Assembly: GCA_964016885.1 (NCBI GenBank)
Contig: OZ024740.1
Coordinates: 123,938,001 to 124,002,000, forward strand
Length of the DNA: 64,000 nt
Direction of reading: 5' to 3'
Source of the DNA: Eledone cirrhosa
Lineage: Eukaryota
Shown: positions 1 through 12,826 of the stretch, piece by piece
Numbering within the stretch: the first letter of the stretch is position 1
Layout of the letters: each line of letters opens with the position of its first letter
Notes under the pieces: generated by a model
The model's input: the letters and a program-made list of their open reading frames with translations, nothing else
What the model was told of the DNA's origin: nothing
Databases searched by the model: none
Translations under genes and position numbers: made by a program

Positions 1-16
1 CCTTAATACTTATAAA

Positions 17-35
17 TATATATATATCAAAGGAT

Positions 36-119
<84 letters not shown>
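17..119. repeat. (TA)n-(GA)n compound microsatellite
   Basis: Directly visible. Other long (TA)n/(TG)n tracts at ~5455-5503, 12627-12670, 16310-16350, 17194-17272, 21014-21117, 24867-24922, 33330-33670, 59910-60033, 60759-60850. Confidence 0.98.
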
Positions 120-122
<3 letters not shown>

Positions 123-134
123 GATACATACATA

Positions 135-1416
135 CGAGGGGCATTCATAAAGTTCGTTGAAAATGAATTTTATAGGAACACTATGCAAACATGTTTCTAC
201 TTGCTTGCTGCAACTTAAATGTGTACATACATATTCTACCCTTTATGATCTCGAAGCAATTTGAAACAATAATTTGAAGTTGTGACATTTAAAAACAATC
301 ACTCTTAAAGAAACGTGTGCTCTGTCAAAACTGAAGCAAGAACCAACTACAGATTTATTGTAAAACTTGGTTGTAGGAAGGACTTTGTTGAAGCTTTGAG
401 AAATATTTATGAAGATAATTCCTATATAAATCAGCAGTTTACAAATGTTTATTTGTTTCAAAGAAGGACAAAATCGAATTGAAAATGATGATCGGACTAG
501 TAAGCCATCAATATTAATTTGTGAAGAAAAAATTGCTGTTGTTTCAGATTTAGTTGATGGATACCGATGTATAACAGTAGAAAAAAATAGTTCATTCCCT
601 AGACATCTCAGTTGGTTTAGTTCTCACAATTTTAAGTATTAAATTACAGAGCAAACTGTATGCCCGTTGGGTGCATAGATTGTCGTGCCTGGAGCAACAA
701 GAACCAAGAGAAGAGCTTTCTTTAGAAAGTTTAAACAAATGGGATCAAAATGCAAAAGGATTTCTGAGATGAACGACTAGAGATAAAATGTACCTTTACT
801 AGTACCACCTTGAAGACAAAGCTCAGTCAAAGCAATGGTTACCCAAAGGTGTAAAGGGTTCGTTCAAAGAAAGAGTGATTCATTGGGGAGGAATATTTAT
901 GACAGCAGTCTTTTGGGTTGCTGGGGGTATTTTGTTTGTTGACTTTTAGAGGAAAAAAAACAATAACATGTGCTTATGAAACATTTGTAAGAAAATTACC
1001 CAGACATGTTGCAGAAAAGCACCCAGGAAAACTTCATCAGAAAGTTCTTTTCAACCATGACAATACCCCAGTCCATTCATCTCATTAAATAAAGGAGGCT
1101 TTGCAGGAATCTCGATGGGAAATTATTAGACATCCACACTGCAGGCCTGATTTAGCACCTTCTGTTTTTTTCTTAATTCCAAAACTTGAAATAATATTTT
1201 AAATAAACCCAATTTGAGACCATTAATGATGTAAATACAGTTAGTTTGATGGGATTAAATTCTCAGGAAACTCAGTTATATAGTGTGGTATAAATGACTG
1301 GCATCATCACTTACAAAAGTGTGTTGATATTGATGGTGTTTATGTGGAAAAATAAAACTATGTAAAATAGCTTTCCTTTAGTTTTCTTTTTCCACAAAAA
1401 TGTTGAATGCCCCTCA
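135..1416 (+). mobile_element. Decayed full-length mariner DNA transposon (~1.28 kb)
   Basis: TIRs cgaggggcattca / tgaatgcccctca flanked by TA. Broken transposase motifs ARWVHRL (~661-685, WVPR-type), HDNTPVH (~1055) and HPHCRPDLAPSVF (~1131, YSPDLAP-type). Confidence 0.9.
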
Positions 1417-2454
1417 TATATATAGACATATATACATACACACAACCCATGCCAGCATGGAAACATAGAAGATCCTCCTCACAATATTGATTCTTCCCAC
1501 CTTAGTCTTCCCCCATTCATATCTTTGATTTTTCCTCCCCCTCATTCTCTCTCTAACACCAACCCCCACAAACTAATACTCAGTGGACAGAAAACTGGGC
1601 TAAGTGTGTAGAGGTACAAGTGGCCTACGTCAACAGGGATTAGCAATTGAACCCTACCAAGTATATCATTCTTTTCTTTTTAGCCTAAAGTTTTTTTATT
1701 AACAGACCTCATATATTTTCATATATGCATGTATGTAAGTATGTATGTATGTTTGAGCATTTACCTTTGTGTCAATACTTCACATATGACACTGCTAATA
1801 CAGATGGTGACAATATGCTTATGTCCCACATAAGTAAATTCAATACGCCATTTTAAAATAAAAGTAAGTCTTGATGTCATTAAGGGCATTCTGTCATAGA
1901 ACATTGCTTGGTAAACATTTCATACAAACTATAAAAGTATGGTAAAATGGACATAAAACCTATGAGGATGATGGTAATGATGAGTATGATAAATTCTTGA
2001 ATACTATTTGACAATCTATCTTTGATTGCATTCTTTTTTAGGGGGTGGTTGCTACTCAATGTATTTTCTTCTATCATGACAAATGGCCCAATAACATAGA
2101 GAAGAGCTAGTATAAAAAATAAAGAAGGTATTTTCACTGTATTACATTCTTGTGTTATTTTATATTATATTTTCAATATATAACAACTTATGTGTGTTAG
2201 GTAAATTATTTACATCTATTAGGACAATGTTCAGAGTTTATGAGCAAGGAAAAACTTGAAGAGATGATATTAATTTGTCTGTATTGATGTCAACTCTTAA
2301 CATCTTGTAGATCATGAAAACCACCTAAGCAAGACATTCTTGAAAATATAAAATGGCAGGATGACTATATTATATTAAATATTGAATCTTTACAGTATTG
2401 CAAATTTTAACAACGATGTGATCACCAGAAAATATTATATATACATTTCTATTT

Positions 2455-2700
2455 ACAAGCCCTTAAAATTAATCTTAGTAAAGACAAATGTCTTAATAAG
2501 TGGTAAGGAGGACAGGGACCTGACACTATCAGAGAGATGCTCTCTTTTGATATGCTGAACAGAGGTGTGCTAAAGTTCCATGAGGTGCATAGAGTGTACT
2601 CTTTATAGTACAAGAGATGCAGTGCGATTACAGGCAGGTTAACAGAGAAGATAGTCTTTGTATGTGGCAGATACATGGAAGATGTAATCACTGGAAGCAC
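2455..2700 (+). mobile_element. Old RTE LINE fragment (post-RT / PHD region)
   Basis: Translates to LKINLSK... and YKRCSAITGRLTEKIVFVCGR, homologous to KRCSGITGKLTKNIDFTCGRC of the RTE copies in this window. Confidence 0.75.
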
Positions 2701-3099
2701 ACATAAAATATTGTATACTCGTCAATAATCTGAGAAATATGTGTAAAAGACAATCAATGATAAAATTTAGGGAGTAGACTTATATTTGAGATCAGGATTT
2801 TGTTGATTTTCACCAACTTCATCATCTAAATATAAAAGCAGCAAAATATTCAATATACACACATAGTCTAACACATGGAGGCACACAAGGTACACATATG
2901 CATACATACAGGCTAATGCAGAGATAGGTGATATAGAGGGGTAAATAAGAGAGATAGGAAATGGTGCTATTGTTGTCTGCTAAAAGAAAGTAAACCAAAA
3001 TTTGAGAGACATGTTGAAATTTTATAAAACGGTTGAAATGGTAAAGAATCATTATATAATGGAGTTATGAAACAAAAACTATTCTCTAAATGACACTTA

Positions 3100-3770
3100 A
3101 AAAATAGAACAGTGTCATGGTGCTGCTACCAGTTTTGCAAGGCTGGCAGATTTGTTCACTTGGACCAAATTGCAACATGAACTGTTGCAGGACTTTCTTA
3201 TAGTATTTCTTTGTAAATGTTTATCCTTCTGCCATGGATCCATGATGTACAATGTCTCAGTAGTAGAATAAATTATTAAGGATCAACTTGATTCTGCACT
3301 TGGCATGTGCTTTTGGGCCTCAGTGACATTTGATGCTTCCTTTGTGATGACTAATATTTGGATTCTGAATTTTATGCATACACACAAAGCGCTTATCTAA
3401 CTATCACTGTTTTCAGGAACTCAGGATCCATACTGGCAGTTTCCTGCATTTTTGTTCAATCTCATATCAAGTTGGTCTGAAGAAAGCAGCTTGGGCACAA
3501 ATGTTGTTGCTATACTGCACAGGCGGTGTAAAATTGCACCTGCAGAATTGCTAACACCATCATATGACAACTGTCCATTAACAGGTTTTGCATTTTCTCA
3601 ATAACTGCATTACAGCTCATTGATGGCCCTGTGAAAGGTTGGTCATTTTCCACCAATGTGCAGTCATTGCTGAACCAGTTGCACTCTCCTCTTATTTGGG
3701 TAACAGCCATGGTATTGTCAGCAAAAACCTGTTGAATTCACAAATATGCAGTTAGCAGAATTCTCCACTG
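3100..3770 (-). mobile_element. Decayed mariner transposase fragment
   Basis: Minus strand reads SIATTFVPKLLSSDQ (WVPKLL-like), DPEFLK and a YYKKVLQ segment typical of mariner transposases. Confidence 0.65.
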
Positions 3771-4140
3771 TATAGTCATATAAGCGCCTATCAAAATGAA
3801 TATTAATTGCATTAATCTCTTCTAGTTATATCAATGTCTTCAATTCTCTAACATGTTTCTTTTTTTATTTTTCTTCATATAGGAAAAGAATATAATGAAT
3901 TGATACAGCTCCAAGATATAGTATATAAAATCAATATTAGAAAAACAGAAACTAATTTTCTGCAATATTAACTAGTTTGCAGATATTAGCACCATTATAA
4001 GAAAAACATTGTTGACAGATATAAATTTCACGAAAAACTCATTTGTTTGAAGATTGGAGGGAAAAGAAAAATTCTCTTAGATTCAGTGTGACCCATAAAG
4101 TGATAATGAAATCTTTCTTGAATATAAATTAAGTGCAAAG

Positions 4141-4320
4141 TGAAGGCTCAGAATCTAGTGGTTAGTGTGTTGTGCTCAGAATCTAGTGGTAAGTGTGTTG
4201 TGCTCATAATCATAAGAAGGCTTTGAATCTTGGACCAGGTGAAGTGTTGTGTTTTTGAGCAAAGCACTTCATTTTGAATTACTCCATTCAATTCAGCTGA
4301 AATGTGTACCAGCAGGTTCT
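4141..4320 (+). mobile_element. Old tRNA-derived SINE with a duplicated 28-bp head segment
   Basis: A-box-like tagtggttag and core ttgagcaaagcacttcat...ttcagctgaaatg, similar to the SINEs at 45833 and 48800. gctcagaatctagtggtwagtgtgttgt occurs twice. Confidence 0.65.
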
Positions 4321-5451
4321 GAAACATAAGCCTTCAGCAGCTTGGCATTTCACCATATCTAGTGTTCTTTAGTTGTGTAATGACAATGAAACCAGGATAA
4401 TAATCCTCTATGCTTTAGTAAAACTAAACAATGTCAAAATCTTTCAGAAGAATTTATTCACTTGCAAACAAGACTTGTAAAATTATTAAACATACCTTAA
4501 CTCGTTCTTACCTATTACGAAAAGTGAAAATAAAATCTTACTGTGAATTACCCAGCAACAAGAAATCAGTCAAAAAATAATATTTGCTTACAGAGTGTGA
4601 TTATTCAAATACCTCTATTTTCAAAACTTTACTGACTGAAACTAACAATATTATTAGCCTCCCACACTTAGGCTGACGAAATTATAACTTCACCTTCATC
4701 CAAATTCATTCTTGGTTAGTTTCAATAAATAAAACACATTTTTAATATGTAGTCTTTTGTTGTAATACCATATATTTCTATTTTATTTTGATTATTCATA
4801 GCAGAATGATATATATTTACATTATAATTCACAATTTCACCATTTCATGGCCTATCAAGTAACGTAGAGACAGTTCTATTTTTTACTTTTATGTATTAAG
4901 ACAATGTTATTTATTATAAAAAGTATAAATTCTGTGATAAGTATAAAGTAAAGTAAAGACAGTCAAATATATACATACATATATATATATATAAGAGAGT
5001 ATTTACTGATCTTTAATCCCGCATAAACGGCTGTTATTTCTAACACCGTGAATGTGGGACGGCTAGTTTGGCCTGGCTACACACGTGTAGTCAGACCTGC
5101 AAAATTTTTGATGTGAGATGTACTAATTTTACTGGATTCCTGTTGATAAGCACAGAAGATTTGGATATTTCACTTTTTATTTCAATTCCATTTCGATTCT
5201 CTTTATTTTTCAATTCACATACCACCGTTGCGAAACGGATTTAGGTTTCGAGGTTCAAATTCGTCTACGGAACAGGTTTGGATTTTGAAATTTAAATCTG
5301 TCCAGGAATCATGGCCGTTGCTAATATAAGAATGTCTTTATTGACTTATATCGAGACAGACAAATTGTATTCACTTTAATTAGTTTATTTCATTAATAGC
5401 TAACTTTGTCTGTTGCAATGCAAACACGTTTTGTGTTTATCATATATTTTA

Positions 5452-5504
<53 letters not shown>

Positions 5505-5508
<4 letters not shown>

Positions 5509-8065
5509 GGAGGGGTCAATCAAGGCCAAAATGTAGACTTGGAAAGCATGGTGGGATGGGGGGAAGTAGAGAAGACTATCAAGTGGTCAGGAGGGAGGCT
5601 AGGATTCATGTGTACTTCGCAAGAAGGGAGCAGAGGAAAGAAAGTTCAAGCATGTTCTACAACGCGAGGACCAAAAACATGAGGTATTCAGGATTGCTAG
5701 GCAATTTGTCAAGGAAAACAGTGATATTGTCGGGGAGAAGTGTGTCCTTAATGATGATGGTGTACTTGCCATCACTGACGCTGATAAGAAAGTAGCTTGG
5801 AAGTGTCACTACAAAAGGCTACTAAATGAGGAGAATAATTGGGAGAAAGACAGTCTCCCCCACATCGACCCAATAGAGGGACCCGCAGTGCAAGTTGAAG
5901 GTAGTATAATAAGTAAGGTGATCAAAGACATGAAGACGGGCAAGGCGGCCGGGCCTTCGGATATAGTTGCTGAAATGCTGAAAGCATCTGGAACGGTTGG
6001 ACACACTATGGTCACTCGGATAGTAAACCAAGTCATACAGAATGGGATCATTCCAAAGGACAGGCGCAGTAACATCATCATTAACTGTTACAAGGTTAAA
6101 GGTGATGCCCTAGATAGAGGAAATTATAGAGGCATTAAATTAATTGACCAAGTCATGAAGGTCACAGAAAAAGTAATAGCGCAACTAATCAGAGAGCGAA
6201 TTGATCTAGATGAAATGCAGTTCGGGTTTGTGTCAGGTAAAAGTACAACAGACACTCTCTTCATTGTACGACAACTACAGGAGAAGTACCCAGCTAAAGG
6301 TAAACCCCTATACTTAGCCTTTGTTGACTTGGAGAAAGCATTTGACAGAGTACCCCGCTCGATTATCTGGTGGGCCCTTAGAAAACTAGGTGTTGATGAA
6401 TGGCTTGTGAGAGCTATACAAGCCATGTATAAAGAAACAGTCAGCAAGGTTAGAATTAACAACGAATATAGTGAAGAGTTTAACGTAAAAGTTGGTGTTC
6501 ATCAGGGCTCCGTCACTAGCCCCCTACTATTTATTATTGCCCTTCAGGCTATAACAGTGGACTTCAAGACCACCGGCTGCCCATGGGAACTCCTATATGC
6601 AGATTATCTAACGCTCATAGCTGAATCAATGGCTGAACTAGAGAAGAAATTCCAAACATGGAAGCATGGCCTAGAATGAAAAGGCCTTAAAGTTAACTTG
6701 TATAAGACTAAAGTTCTAGTTTGTAGGAAGGAAAATAGGGCACCGGTCGCATCTGGGAAATGGCCATGCTCAGTGTGTAGGAAAGGAGTAGGCAGAAACT
6801 CCATTTTATGTCCCAAATGCAAAGTATGGGTGCATAAAAGATGTAGTGGGATCACAGGTAAGCTAACTAAGAATATAAATTTTATATGTGACTGGTGCTC
6901 TGTTGCAATAAGTAGCAGCAAGTGCCCACTGAATACTAGCTCATTCCATTGCACAGATGGTTCTATAGAAATAGTGGACACCTTCCGTTACCTGGGTGAC
7001 CAAATCAGCAGTGGGGGAGGGTGCTCTGAAAGTACAGTAGCTAGAGTCAGAACGGGATGGAAAAATTTCAGAGAGCTTATACCACTATTGGCCGCTAAAA
7101 GGTTCTCTCTAAAAATGAAAGGCAGGCTGTATGATGCCTGCATACGAACAGCAATGTTGCATGGCAGTGAGACCTGGGCATTGTGTGCAGAGGATATGCG
7201 CAGACTGGAGAGAAACGAAGCTTGAATGCTCCGCTGGATGTGTAATAGTAATATACGTGAACGGCAAAGCATAAACGAACTAAAGGAGAAATTAGGAAAA
7301 AGAGGGATCAGATATTGTTTACTCGAGAGAAGACTACGTTGTTACGGTCACGTGATGCGCATGAAAGACGACAGCTGTATAAAAAAGTGCAGGGCGATAA
7401 AAATAGATGGTAGCCACGGAGTAGGCAGACCCAGAAAAACCTGGGACGACTTGATAAATTCCGACCTCACACACTTACACCTCTCCTAGACAATGTCACT
7501 GAACCGAGATCTTTGGCGCTACACAGTTATACAGAAGACCCGCCTTGCCTAAGTACAACGCGAAACCTACAGTCAGTAGGCACCTCTAACAAACACCCCC
7601 GCTCCCTACCCTCACCACATCCACACCACCCCTTTAAATGTGAAGTTATGTTGGTAGCACAACATCCAGTCCGAAAAAAATGAGGTCGTGTATGTGTCAC
7701 GACAAAAAAACACACAGTCCATGCTGTAATGTGGCCGTGTAGGTAACACGGTAAAAACCTCCCAGTACACACTGTAAACGTGGTTGGTGTTGGGAAGGGC
7801 ACCCAGCCGTAGAAAACCCGCCAGACGTGTAGGTGTCACGACAATAAAACACACAGTCCACGCTGTAATGTAGCCATGTATGTAACACGGTAAAAACCTC
7901 CCAGTCCGCACTGTAAACGTGGTTGGTGTTAGGAAGGGCATCCAGCCGTAGAAAACCCGCCAGACAGTCCTGAGGAAGACAACCAATCTTGCCTCAAGTG
8001 GGACAATTCCCGTCCAGACCTATGCTAGCGTGGAAAATGGACATTAAAGGATGATGATGATGATG

Positions 8066-8067
<2 letters not shown>
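5505..8067 (+). mobile_element. 5'-truncated RTE-clade LINE (RT, PHD finger, 3' UTR, (GAT)n tail)
   Basis: ORF pieces 5888-6679, 6698-7225 and 7226-7489 carry NYRGIKL, QFGF, FVDLEKAFD, GVHQGS, YADY (mutated YADD), FRYLG and GRPRKTW. Tail gatgatgat ends at 8067. A ~139-bp duplication lies in the 3' UTR (7687-7965). Confidence 0.95.
5888..7552 (+). pseudogene. RTE reverse transcriptase ORF disrupted by in-frame stops
   Basis: Same frame interrupted by TGA at 6677-6679, TGA at 7223-7225 and TAG at 7487-7489. Catalytic YADD reads YADY. Confidence 0.9.
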
Positions 8068-8098
<31 letters not shown>

Positions 8099-8102
8099 GT
8101 AA

Positions 8103-8215
8103 TAATAATTGTTTCTACATTTGGCACAAGGCCACCAATTAACCAGTACATTACTGGTACTTTATTTCATCAACCTCATAAGGATGAAAGGCAAAGTTAA
8201 CCTCGGCGGGATAAT
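8103..8215 (-). mobile_element. Meta-domain-like SINE, 3' part
   Basis: Reverse complement of gccgaggttaactttgcctttcatcc...aaagtaccagt...ggccttgtgcc with (ATT)n tail. Confidence 0.8.
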
Positions 8216-8295
8216 AATAATGTGAAGACTAACATCCGAAGAGGGCTCGATAAGGATAATATATATATAAAAATATATAAAACCATAGAACAAAT

Positions 8296-8365
8296 ATTTA
8301 TTAAAATAACAGATTAAAGTTTAAGCAATTCTTTGCTTAAACTTTAATCTGTTATTTTGATAAAT
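8296..8365. repeat. Perfect 26-bp-arm hairpin
   Basis: aaaataacagattaaagtttaagcaa-ttct-ttgcttaaactttaatctgttatttt. The same arm recurs at ~20281-20304. Confidence 0.9.
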
Positions 8366-8405
8366 GTATATATATATCTATGTGTGTGTGTGTCTAGTAT
8401 ATATA

Positions 8406-8598
8406 CAGGGTGGCCATTGAAAAACTTGTTCATTTTCAATTTTTTATATTTTGTAGATTATAGAGCATCCCTTGTTGTTTTTTTACACAAAATACTGAAA
8501 AAATCCATTATTTATATTTCCAAATAAAATAGTAAAAACCACGTGTTCGTAAAAGTTATTTTTGTTTTATATCATTCAGTCTTTCAATGGCCACCCTA
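8406..8598. mobile_element. Tc1/mariner-type MITE
   Basis: TIRs cagggtggccattgaaa / tttcaatggccaccct with TA flanks, ~190 bp, non-coding. Confidence 0.85.
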
Positions 8599-8612
8599 TA
8601 TATATATATATA

Positions 8613-8965
8613 TTTGTAGGAAAATGGAAAAACTCCATGTAAGGATGCCATTGAGGTGGCATTGGGTAGAACATTACATCGAAGGACAGAAATCAGCAGC
8701 TTGATGTGAGTTGACTCAACGAAATAATAGTAATTTTAGGTAAATTATTGAAACTTCAGTTCATCTGAAATCTTATGAGCTGATTTTAATGTTAGCGATC
8801 TCTTCTCACCCATTCTATTTCTTCCTTCCTATTAATTCTTTGAATCAACTCACATCGAGCCGCTGATTTCTCTCCTTCGATGTAATGTTTTACCCATGCC
8901 ACTTCAATGGAATTTTATTGTTTTAAAAGCTTCCTTATGCTGAGTTTTTCTATTTTCCGACGAAT
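8613..8965. repeat. Foldback element with ~110-bp imperfect arms
   Basis: cattacatcgaaggacagaaatcagcagcttgatgtgagttga pairs with tcaactcacatcgagccgctgatttctctccttcgatgtaatg. Confidence 0.85.
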
Positions 8966-9903
8966 TATAATACACATACGTTTCAAAACTTGATATTCGA
9001 GTTAAATTTGTTTATATATAGAGAGAGAATGAGCCATATATCATTTGAGAAACACAGTATTTTGCACACACATAAAGCACATAATATGTAGGAAAAATAT
9101 GAACTTCAAGATGGAAAAAGTTCTTCTTTCCTTATGGTACCATTTCATGATTAAAAGAAACCATGACTAAAACCGATCTAGGTAATGAATCATCTATACC
9201 CAACTATCAATTTTGGTAAAGCTACAGGAGATGCGAATCAATCAGCAGAGGAATTTCATCTTTAAATAAAGTTCCAATAGTGTATAGTGTATCCTTTTGT
9301 ATATCTTCCAGGACCCGCAAGTTATGCCAAACATGTAGACAGCATGAGGTAATAAAGTTTTAACTGTTGCAGCAGATATAAACAAGACAACATCATATCC
9401 CTTTGAAAGAGGTGTGAAAAACTAGTCACATTGTGAGCAGCTCAACAAATAAATAATTTGGAGCAGTTATACTAATTTAAAGTATAACTGCATATATTAT
9501 GTATGATACTCTGTACAAATGTCCATTGATCTTTTCTACTGAGAAATACAAACATCATACATAATGTATATGTTGTGATAATTTAAATTAGTATATATAT
9601 ATATACACGTATATGGGTCTAAAAAGGAATATATATATAGAGAGAGAGGTAGTAGTAGTAGTACCTTGAATTAGTATATATATAAGCGTATATACATAGA
9701 TATACTTCCTGTCTCTCATACACACAAACCACACAAAATCCACACCCATATTTTACAAAAATAACCTCAATCCAAATTTCTGACTGAAAGCCATCACTAA
9801 TACTATACTCTGCATTATTTAATTACACACCACAACAAAACCTGTGACAAACAAACAAACAAAAATACACACACACACACTACGCTGCAAAAACAAACAA
9901 ATA

Positions 9904-11220
9904 GTTTAAGATGGTAGTATGGACGAAACTAGAGAAGAAGAGAAAAGAAGAAAAGAATCCTTCATCAGCTGTAAAAACCTAGATCAAGAAGTTTCGGCGC
10001 TTAAATGCAGGACATATGTAAGCAATCAGCGGTGCGCCCAAGGCCTTTTCTCAATCAAAAGGCCAGGGGGAAAAGAAGAGAAAAGGGAAGGAAAAAGAAG
10101 AAAAAAAGGAAGAAGAACAAAGGTGGAAAGGTAGTGAGGAGAGAGGAAGAAAGAGAAAAAAAAACAGGTGAACAGACCCAATATTGGGGGCACAGGACAA
10201 TGGAACATGCAAGTGAGTAACCGAGGAAAATTTAGGATAAATAAATTATAGCAAACCAGGTAGAGGTAAGTCTGCAAGGATGCGATGACAAGAGGTCAGT
10301 GTTACCGTGTCCCTCAATCGAAGCAGAGAACGATGAGGAAAAAGGGAAGAGAGAGGAGGAGAGAGTCGATACGAAAGTGTGGTGGGACCACAGATTGAGC
10401 AAAACAGGTAGAGGAGGGTCACAGCGGTAAATACAAAATGATAAGAAACGAAAGGAGCTGTGTGGTTACTGTAAACAAAGTTTAAGATGTTAGTATGGAC
10501 GAAACAAGTGAAGAGAAAAGAAAAGAATCTTTCATCAGCTGTAAACATCGAGATCAAGATGTTTCGGCTCGGTTTTTACAGCTGATGAAGGATTCTTTTC
10601 TTCTTTTCTCTTCTCTTGTTTCGTCCATACTACCATCTTAAACTTTGTTTACAGTAACCACACACTCCTTTCGTTTACGACGCGTTTTACAACTGTCGTT
10701 AAACTCTTTTGGATTATTTCCCTTTCCCTTCTCCCTCTCAGTTCCAGTTGCTCCGACTCTCTCTCTCTGCTTCGATTGAGGGACAGTGTAACACTGGCCT
10801 CTTGTTATCGAATCCTTCCAGACATACGTCTACCTGGTTTGCTATAGCTTATTTATCCTAGTTGTTCCTCGGTTACTCACTTGCATGTTCCATTGTCCCG
10901 ACCCCCCCCCCCACACTATTGGGTCAGTACACCTGTTTTTTTCTCTTTCTTCTTCTCTCCTCACTACCTTTCCCCCTTTGTTGACCTTCCATTTTCTCTT
11001 CTATTTTCTTCCCCTTTCTCTTCTTTCCCTCCTGGCCTTTTAATTGAGAAAAGGCCTTGGGAAATTGCTTACACATGTCCTGCATTTAAGCGCCGAAACA
11101 TCTTGATCTCGGTTTTTACAGCTGATGAAGGATTCGTGTCTTCTTTTCTCTTCTTCACTTGTTTCGTCCATACTACCACCTTAAACTTTGTTTATAGTAA
11201 TCACACAGCTCCTTTCATTT
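9904..11220. mobile_element. PLE pseudo-LTR-like quasi-palindrome: ~575-bp unit plus partial repeat, then its inverted copy
   Basis: gtttaagatgktagtatggacgaaac at 9904 and 10480. Inversion point ~10568. 10570-11220 is a diverged reverse complement. The repeat structure is seen directly; the PLE assignment is inference. Confidence 0.7.
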
Positions 11221-11706
11221 TATATATATATATATATTTTTTATTTATAAATAAATTAGTATTTCTTTCCTTAAAAAGATTTCTCTATGTTTTGATTCCA
11301 TCACACTTACAATACAACACGCACACACCCACACACAAACACACACATATATATATATACCGACACACACATATATATATATGTACCGACATACACACAC
11401 ATATATATGTACCGACACACACACACAGACATATATACATGCACACTCACACATACACACTCATACCATCTAAAACCACATTCCTCAGAATTTCTTTTAG
11501 AATCCTATACATTTGACAATCCTATATACCTTTCTCCCCTATAGCAATTGTCTCTAGCTTACATTTCCCCTATTCACCCCCAACTGAACTCTTGACCAGT
11601 TATTTAACACAATTGAGAAACACACACATATCTACAGAAAAATCTCCCTAAAACACTTTTGTTCTGTGAAAAGACACAACTACCACTACTCCTACTCCGC
11701 CTCCTT

Positions 11707-11758
<52 letters not shown>

Positions 11759-12099
11759 CCCTTTCTCTCTATATATAAGGTTCCTTTTTAGACCCAGTCT
11801 GAACAGATGAACAGACCTTCTCCAACAGTTAATTTTAAATTTTAAATTCTAAATTCTTTTTTAATTCTTTTTAATTGTAATATTTAATATTTCATAAGAT
11901 GGATTACACCGAAACATCAAAACCGGTAATATTTTACATATTTCATATACTTTATAAAACTCCTTTTTTTAAAAAAAATTAATCTCATTTTTTCAATAAT
12001 ATCACTTTGACTGATCAAAGAAGAAAAAAGAAAAGCACATTCTCTAAATATATTTTCTGTGCTGTTATCAATCCTAGTTTTTCTCTATACACACACACA

Positions 12100-12167
<68 letters not shown>

Positions 12168-12270
12168 CATATATATATATATGTAAAAGTTCTATTTAAA
12201 TTGTTGGGATGCAACAAGCAAATATTTTTATAACTGATATAAAGCTCTTAACAAATAATTGGAGTAAAAA

Positions 12271-12625
12271 TACGATATTAACAAATGGAAACTATATTTA
12301 GAAAACCATATTTATTTCATTATACATATTTCAAGGACGCCAAGTTAAATTATGGAGTGCTTTCATCAGATAAAATATAATATAGAGCAGTTTTATCAAT
12401 AAATATTGACATACCCTTAAAGAATGCAACTATTACTGAAGACTATCCGGGAGCTTCCAACAGTAATGGTTGCATTCGTTAAGGGTATGTCAATATTTAT
12501 TTATAAAACTGCTCTATATTATATTTTATCTGATGAAAGCACAGCATAATTTAACTTGGTGTCCGTGAAATATGTATAATGAAATAAATATGGTTTTATA
12601 AATATAGTTTCTATTTGTTAATATC

Positions 12626-12629
<4 letters not shown>
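12271..12629. repeat. Foldback with ~165-bp arms and a degenerate hammerhead-like motif
   Basis: cgatattaacaaat...acccttaa mirrors ttaagggt...atttgttaatatcg. ctgatga...gaaa lies at ~12530-12570. Confidence 0.85.
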
Positions 12630-12674
<45 letters not shown>

Positions 12675-12789
12675 TAAGAGGAATTCCAACTTTGTCTGAT
12701 TTACTCGTTTTATTTACCATCCTTTAACATATATATAATGATATTATAATGAAATAGTATGATAGAATATTAAATTCTAAGTGTTAATT

Positions 12790-12826
12790 GAACAAGTACT
12801 TTCATGCTTTCGCAATCTTCAGGTTC
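12790..12826 (-). ncRNA. Minimal type I hammerhead ribozyme (PLE pLTR)
   Basis: GAAC-CUGAAGA-U-UGC-GAAA-GCA-U-GAAA-GUAC-UU-GUUC: stem I GAAC/GUUC, palindromic stem III, CUU site. Confidence 0.8.

Noticed and set aside
2042-3971. Plus-strand acceptor-like sites followed by short peptides (2042: GVVATQCIFF...; 3883: KEYNELIQLQ...)
   Set aside because: They end in stops, have no recognisable homology and are expected by chance in T-rich DNA.
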